This document shows positions 19,304 to 24,081 of a stretch of DNA of 24,081 nucleotides, piece by piece. The translations under genes were made by a program, and so were the position numbers. Position 1 is the stretch's first letter. Each line of letters begins with the position of its first letter. Under the pieces are notes generated by a model. It was not told the DNA's origin. It saw only the letters and a list, made by a program, of their open reading frames with translations, and ran no database searches. The stretch comes from Peribolospora baueri (taxonomy: Eukaryota): contig JAMDHS010000056.1 of assembly GCA_029717555.1 (NCBI GenBank), positions 124,001 through 148,081 of the forward strand, in the 5' to 3' direction.

Positions 19304-21853
19304 ATGCTCGCCTCCATTCCCCCGCCCCGCTCCCTCTCCCGCTCGCCCCTCCTCCCACACCCCCGCCGCCCCTCTGCCATGCCCTCCGGTGACGAACCCC
19401 CACTGCCGCCCCGCTCCAACACCGACACCGCACCGGCCGCAGGTGAAGCCGAAGCCGAAGCCGAAGCCGAAGCCAAAGCCAAAGCCAACGCCAACGCCGC
19501 CTCCGCCGCCAGCTCGTCGACGTCACCGCAGCAGCGCCACCGACGACATCAAGACCGACGACCACAAGACCGACCAGACTTCTATCACCACCATCTCCAA
19601 CGGCTCCACGGGCCAGCCGAGTCGTCACCCTCGGCCTCCTTCCACGACCTCAGCTCCATGTTCATCAACTACCAGAACACCCTCCCATCCGACCCTTCTT
19701 CCGCCGACGACGTTGACATGAACGACCACCCGAGCCACCCCCCAGACGACGCTCACAACCACAACCACAATGACAGACCTCTGTCCCTCGGCGTGCCCCC
19801 CCCTTCCAACCTCTTCAGCGCCCGTCCGTCACCCTATGCCGCCGTCGCCCCCCTCCCTACCCACTCCTCCTCCCCTCCGCCGTCACAGCAGCCTCTGCAC
19901 GCCGCCCCCTCACTCGGCCTCACCAACGTCAGCGCGCCGCCGGCCGCGGCGGTACAGATGCAGACGACAACCATCGGGGAGCTCATGAGCTCCTTCTACG
20001 ACCGCATCGGCCGCGGCGGCGGCGCGGGCGGCCTGCTCTCCGGTCCCATCGCGCCCGGCACCGGCGCAGGCAGCCATCCCTTGGGCATCATCACCGCCCC
20101 GCCGGGGCCTTGGGGCACCGGTGCCGCCTTGCCGCCTCAGCTCGTCCAAGCTCAACAACACCACCACCCGCACTCGGACTCCCATCCACCGCAACCTGCC
20201 GATGTCCAGTCGTCCGATCAAGCCAAGGCCCAGGAGGACATCGCCACCACCACCACCGCCGCCATGCCCTTCCTCACCAACCACTTCACCGGCGCTCCCG
20301 CACCCGGACCGCCGCAAGCGCAAGCCGGCGTCGCGCCTTACCCGTTCGCCGGCGCGCGCCAGGACTCTGGCAGCTTTGATCAGGCCGCCTTGACGGCGAT
20401 AGCGACGATGGGCGTCGGCGCATCATCTTATCCTTTCGTCGCGTCTTCGGCCGACGCTGGTGGCGGCGGCGGCGGCGGCAGCAGCGGCGGCGCAGCGGAA
20501 GTAGATACGGGTTCGGCACGCACCTCGCCCAAATCTGTGGTCAGCCAGTCGTTGCAGCCGGGGGCGGCGGGCGAGTGCCAGGATCAGAGTCGGGGTCAAA
20601 GTCATGGTCAAGGTCAGGGTCAGCAGGGTCGCCGCCCGCCCGGCTTCGAGTTCACCAAGCGCAAGGGATGGGCGAGCCGGATCGTCGAGGAGCTGCAGGA
20701 CTTTATGCACGTCCTCAGTCCGGACGGACGGCTGCTTTTCGCCAGCCCCAGCGTCTTCGACCTCACCGGCTGGACGGCGGAGCAGGTGGTGGGCGAGAAG
20801 ATCACCAAGTTCATCCACGCCGACGACGTTGCCTGTTTCCAGCGCGATTTTGACTGCGTCCTCCACCACGCCGCCGACCTGACGCTCTACTATCGGTTCA
20901 TGAGGAAGGACGGTTCGTACGTCATCTTCGAAGTCACCGGCCACCCTTACTTTGTCCCCGATTCCACCGACGGCGAGGCAAAATGTTTTTTCGGCATGGC
21001 TAGACTCTACCCGAGCAAGAATATGGCCATGATCGACTCGTTCCTCGAGCTCAAGATTGAGAACGAGAGACTGAGGTCTCAGCTCGGAGAGCTCTACGGG
21101 AACAACCACGCTGGTGTGGGAGCGGGCGCGGGAGCGCCGTGTGAGGCGGACGTGAGCATGATGCCGCCCACCCACTCTTCCTCCACCCAAGCCGCCGCCA
21201 ACATCCGTTCCGCTTCCGCCGCCCATCAGTATCCTGGCACCGCGCCCGGCACGATCCCGCCTGGCGCGCTCGGCGGCGGCGGTAGCGGCAGCTCGGCGAG
21301 CCCCGTGTTGAGCAGCGTCAGCGTCGGCACCGGGTGCAGACGGGGTAGCAGCAGCATCGACGCTGATAGCGAGGGGGACGCCTCGTGGGACCTTCACGGC
21401 ACCACGACCACGAGCGGCGCGAGCACCACCGCCACCGCGGACGGGAGCGTCGGCGATCGACCCAGCTTTGACGATCTTTCTTCTGCCGCCGCTGCTACTA
21501 CTACCGTCGCCGGCCATCATCAAGCAAAGAAGAAGCACAAAAAATCCAAAGCAGAAGAAGGAGAATACGTGTGTACGGATTGTGGACGCGTCGATTCGCC
21601 CGAGTGGCGTAAGGGTCCGCTTGGTCCGAAGACGCTTTGTAATGCTTGTGGTCTGCGGTGGGCGAAGAAGGTGAAGCGCAAGGAGGAGGAGCAGCAGCAG
21701 CAGCAGCAAGCCACCGGCGGCGGAGGAGGAGGAGGCGGGGGCGGTACCGGTGCCGGTTCCAAGGCCGACCCCGGCACCAATGGCGGCGGCCCACGGTCGT
21801 CTTTTGACGGCCTCGACATGACCTTGATGTCGATGGACAGCGCCGTCGCCTAG
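19304..21853 (+). CDS. wc-2: White collar-2 type PAS + GATA zinc-finger transcription factor, up to 849 aa, apparently intronless
   Basis: Contains [18 protein letters not shown], a PAS domain (about 20670-21000), [26 protein letters not shown], the [11 protein letters not shown], and the GATA finger [32 protein letters not shown] (Cys 21572-21649). These are all WC-2 family blocks. The start may be a downstream ATG (19379, 19658, 19718). Confidence 0.93.
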   Translation: MLASIPPPRSLSRSPLLPHPRRPSAMPSGDEPPLPPRSNTDTAPAAGEAEAEAEAEAKAKANANAASAASSSTSPQQRHRRHQDRRPQDRPDFYHHHLQRLHGPAESSPSASFHDLSSMFINYQNTLPSDPSSADDVDMNDHPSHPPDDAHNHNHNDRPLSLGVPPPSNLFSARPSPYAAVAPLPTHSSSPPPSQQPLHAAPSLGLTNVSAPPAAAVQMQTTTIGELMSSFYDRIGRGGGAGGLLSGPIAPGTGAGSHPLGIITAPPGPWGTGAALPPQLVQAQQHHHPHSDSHPPQPADVQSSDQAKAQEDIATTTTAAMPFLTNHFTGAPAPGPPQAQAGVAPYPFAGARQDSGSFDQAALTAIATMGVGASSYPFVASSADAGGGGGGGSSGGAAEVDTGSARTSPKSVVSQSLQPGAAGECQDQSRGQSHGQGQGQQGRRPPGFEFTKRKGWASRIVEELQDFMHVLSPDGRLLFASPSVFDLTGWTAEQVVGEKITKFIHADDVACFQRDFDCVLHHAADLTLYYRFMRKDGSYVIFEVTGHPYFVPDSTDGEAKCFFGMARLYPSKNMAMIDSFLELKIENERLRSQLGELYGNNHAGVGAGAGAPCEADVSMMPPTHSSSTQAAANIRSASAAHQYPGTAPGTIPPGALGGGGSGSSASPVLSSVSVGTGCRRGSSSIDADSEGDASWDLHGTTTTSGASTTATADGSVGDRPSFDDLSSAAAATTTVAGHHQAKKKHKKSKAEEGEYVCTDCGRVDSPEWRKGPLGPKTLCNACGLRWAKKVKRKEEEQQQQQQATGGGGGGGGGGTGAGSKADPGTNGGGPRSSFDGLDMTLMSMDSAVA

Positions 21854-22540
21854 CCTGGCTGGCCTAGCCCTCCGGCTCGCTCGTCGCCTTCCACAAACAC
21901 GTCTAGCACCGGTCCCGACGAAGCGCCTCGCATTTTCCCTTCTTCCTTCCTTCCTCCTTTTCTTTCGTCATTTTCCAGGGCCCACGACAACGACGACCCG
22001 GGCCAGCATCGGTGGAATCGCGTCCGTCCGTCCCTCTTCCCGCCTTTTCTTTCCTTCCTTTCCTTCTTTTCTCTTTGGCTTTCGTCTTCGCTTCGCTTTG
22101 GGCTCTTTCTTCCCTTGCCTCGTCACCTCCATTTGTACTTGCACCCGTCAACCATACACGCATTGTCACACCGCTCGTACGCACACTGCCTCTCGCCTCG
22201 GCCTCTTTCCTTTTTTCGTTTTTCGTTTTTCGTTTTTTTTTGGTTGTTTCTGTTCTCGGCCCTTTTCGGGGGTTTTCGTCATCTGCGCCCTGCCTCAGTC
22301 CGTCTTCCTTCCGTCTTGGCTGTACTTGCGCCTCCCTTCCCCTCGCCGCCCTCTTGGTCACCTTCGCCCTTCGCAACTTTCTTTCCCTCCGCCCCCTCGC
22401 ATCTCCCATCCGGTCCAGCCGACCCTCTTCGGCCGACCCAAGGGGGGCCTGCGTTCGTTCGCCCCGCCACCCGTCTAGCATCTCCCCCTTTTCCCCGTCT
22501 TCCATGCGCACTTTGCCGCACCGTAACATCCTCCCTGTAT

Positions 22541-22635
22541 ACTAACCGTCGACCTCTCCCCGACTAATCGTCGACCTCTCCCCAACCTGACCCACCGGAG
22601 CCCGACCGACACGTCACGTCACGTCACGTCACGTC
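22541..22635. repeat. 22-bp tandem duplication followed by (ACGTC)5
   Basis: ACTAACCGTCGACCTCTCCCCG (22541-22562) / ACTAATCGTCGACCTCTCCCCA (22563-22584); ACGTC x5 at 22611-22635. Confidence 0.9.
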
Positions 22636-23684
22636 ACCCACGCCTCGCTCTCTCTTCTCTTTCTCTTTTCTTTTCTTTTCTTTTCTTACTCTCGCTGTCC
22701 GCTCTTTTGGGCTTTGTTGACATTCCGGAGTTTTTGTGGTTTGGGAATTTTTTCGGAATTTTTTTCGGACCTTGGGGGCTCGAGGCTTTTTTTCCTTATC
22801 CTGTTTGGGGTTTTTTTTTCGGGTGCGACGTGTGTTTAATCGAATGGACGCCATCGCATCGCATCGCGCAGCGTCGAATCGAATTGAGTTGAGTCGAAGC
22901 CGTGAGTCGAGTCGAAGCGACAGCGAGGGGTGGCTGAGCTGGTTGGGGAGGGGCTTGCGACCAGACCAGACCAGACCAGACCAGGCTCGCCGTGCGCGGT
23001 CGTCTCCGCCTCCGTCTCCGTCTCCGTCATCGGTGCCCGACCCGACGGAGGGGCGGATGGAGTGGACGGATCCAAACCGCGAAAAACACAAACAAAAACA
23101 CACGCGAACACAAACACGAACAAACGAGGAGGCGCAACGAACTGCCATGTATGTCTGTACGTATGTATGTGGTTCGCGTGAGCGGCCGCCTAAACGGACC
23201 CTGCCGCCCCGCCGCCCGGTGGACGATCAGGTTTCGCGCAGCGGTGAGACAGAGATGCGGCCATGGCGCCTTAAGCAAGTGGTCGGTCAGCTGGGCTGGG
23301 CTGGGCTGGGCTGGGCTTGACGCGTTTTGTCCCACCATCTATCCATTTATCATCAATCTATCTATCTATCGATGTCAGGCGCCGAAAATGGACGACCGCC
23401 CCCTTCCCCCCTTCTTCTTCTTCTTCTTCTTCTCGCACATCACACGTGCCCACTAAAGGGAGATCCCTCAACGACCACGACGGGACCACGTGCGTCTGAT
23501 CTGCGTCGGGTCCCCGTCCCCTTCTCGAGTCGTTCGGCGGCCCAGCCACCCTTCACGTCGACGTCGACAAACGATAGAACGATGGATTGCAACCGACGGC
23601 GCAAACTCCGACTCCTTTCCCACAGCCGTGCCGTACCCCACACCGCATCGCTCGCGCCCAGTCCAGTCCAGTTGTCCCGCGCCC

Positions 23685-24081
23685 AAGGGAGAAAGAAAGG
23701 GAAAAAAAAGAGAAAAGGGGAAAGAAGAGAAAGAAAAAGGAAAAGAAGAGGAAGAAGGGGGGAGAGGAGGAGAAGAGAAAGAGGGGAGGAAGGAGAGGGA
23801 GAGAGAGAAGAAGAAGAAGGGAAGGAAGAAAGAGGAGGAAAGAAGGAAAAAGGGGGGAGAAGAAGAGAAAGGGAGAAGAAGAGAGAAAAAAGGAGAAGGG
23901 AGAGGGAAGGAAAAGAAAGAGGAGGAAGGAAAGGAAAAAGAAGAAGAGAAAAGAAGAGGGAGAGAGAAGGAAGAAGAAGAAGAAGAAGAGGAAGAAGAAG
24001 AAGAAGGAGAGGGGGGAAAGGGAGGGGAGAAGGGGGGAAGGGAGAGAGAAAGGGGAGGGAAAGGAGAGGGGAGAAAGGGGA
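23685..24081 (+). repeat. Uninterrupted, largely aperiodic purine-only (A/G) tract running off the window end
   Basis: No C or T in 397 consecutive bases. Only short internal periodicity, e.g. (GAA)6 GAG (GAA)5 at 23970-24005. Confidence 0.97.

Noticed and set aside
18501..19721. 406-aa ORF overlapping the wc-2 5' end
   Set aside because: Passes through poly-T and CCATT repeats and is an alternative frame of low-complexity sequence.
20423..21709. 428-aa antisense ORF in wc-2
   Set aside because: Shadow ORF opposite a well-supported CDS.
1..24081. tRNA, rRNA, telomeric repeat, CRISPR-like array, mating-type locus
   Set aside because: No cloverleaf/T-arm context, TTAGGG array, repeat-spacer periodicity, STE3 receptor, homeodomain or intact CAAX pheromone seen by eye. 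A covariance-model search (Infernal/tRNAscan-SE) was not possible.

Overview
GC-rich, intron-rich, microsatellite-dense fungal genomic DNA, most likely a basidiomycete (inferred from intron signals and protein style). By manual splicing I find five intact genes: (1) an 8-exon glycerol-3-phosphate/DHAP O-acyltransferase of the Sct1/Gpt2 type (+1142..4250); (2) a 5-exon transcription factor with four C2H2 fingers (-8617..7007); (3) an Rrn10-like RNA polymerase I UAF subunit (+13744..15243); (4) a 121-aa secreted Ser/Thr-rich protein that is probably GPI-anchored (+16142..16632); (5) an apparently intronless White Collar-2 type PAS+GATA factor (+19304..21853). There is also a decayed APH/choline-kinase-like phosphotransferase pseudogene (-, about 13305..12401). 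The most notable oddities are an ATG-free, 169-codon in-frame open stretch ahead of the acyltransferase (candidate UUG-initiated N-terminal extension), a 397-nt aperiodic purine-only tract at the window end, a long non-coding region upstream of the C2H2 regulator, and a TATA-preceded 40-codon sORF. I saw no tRNA, rRNA, CRISPR array or intact transposon. Family assignments come from recalled motifs, not database searches.
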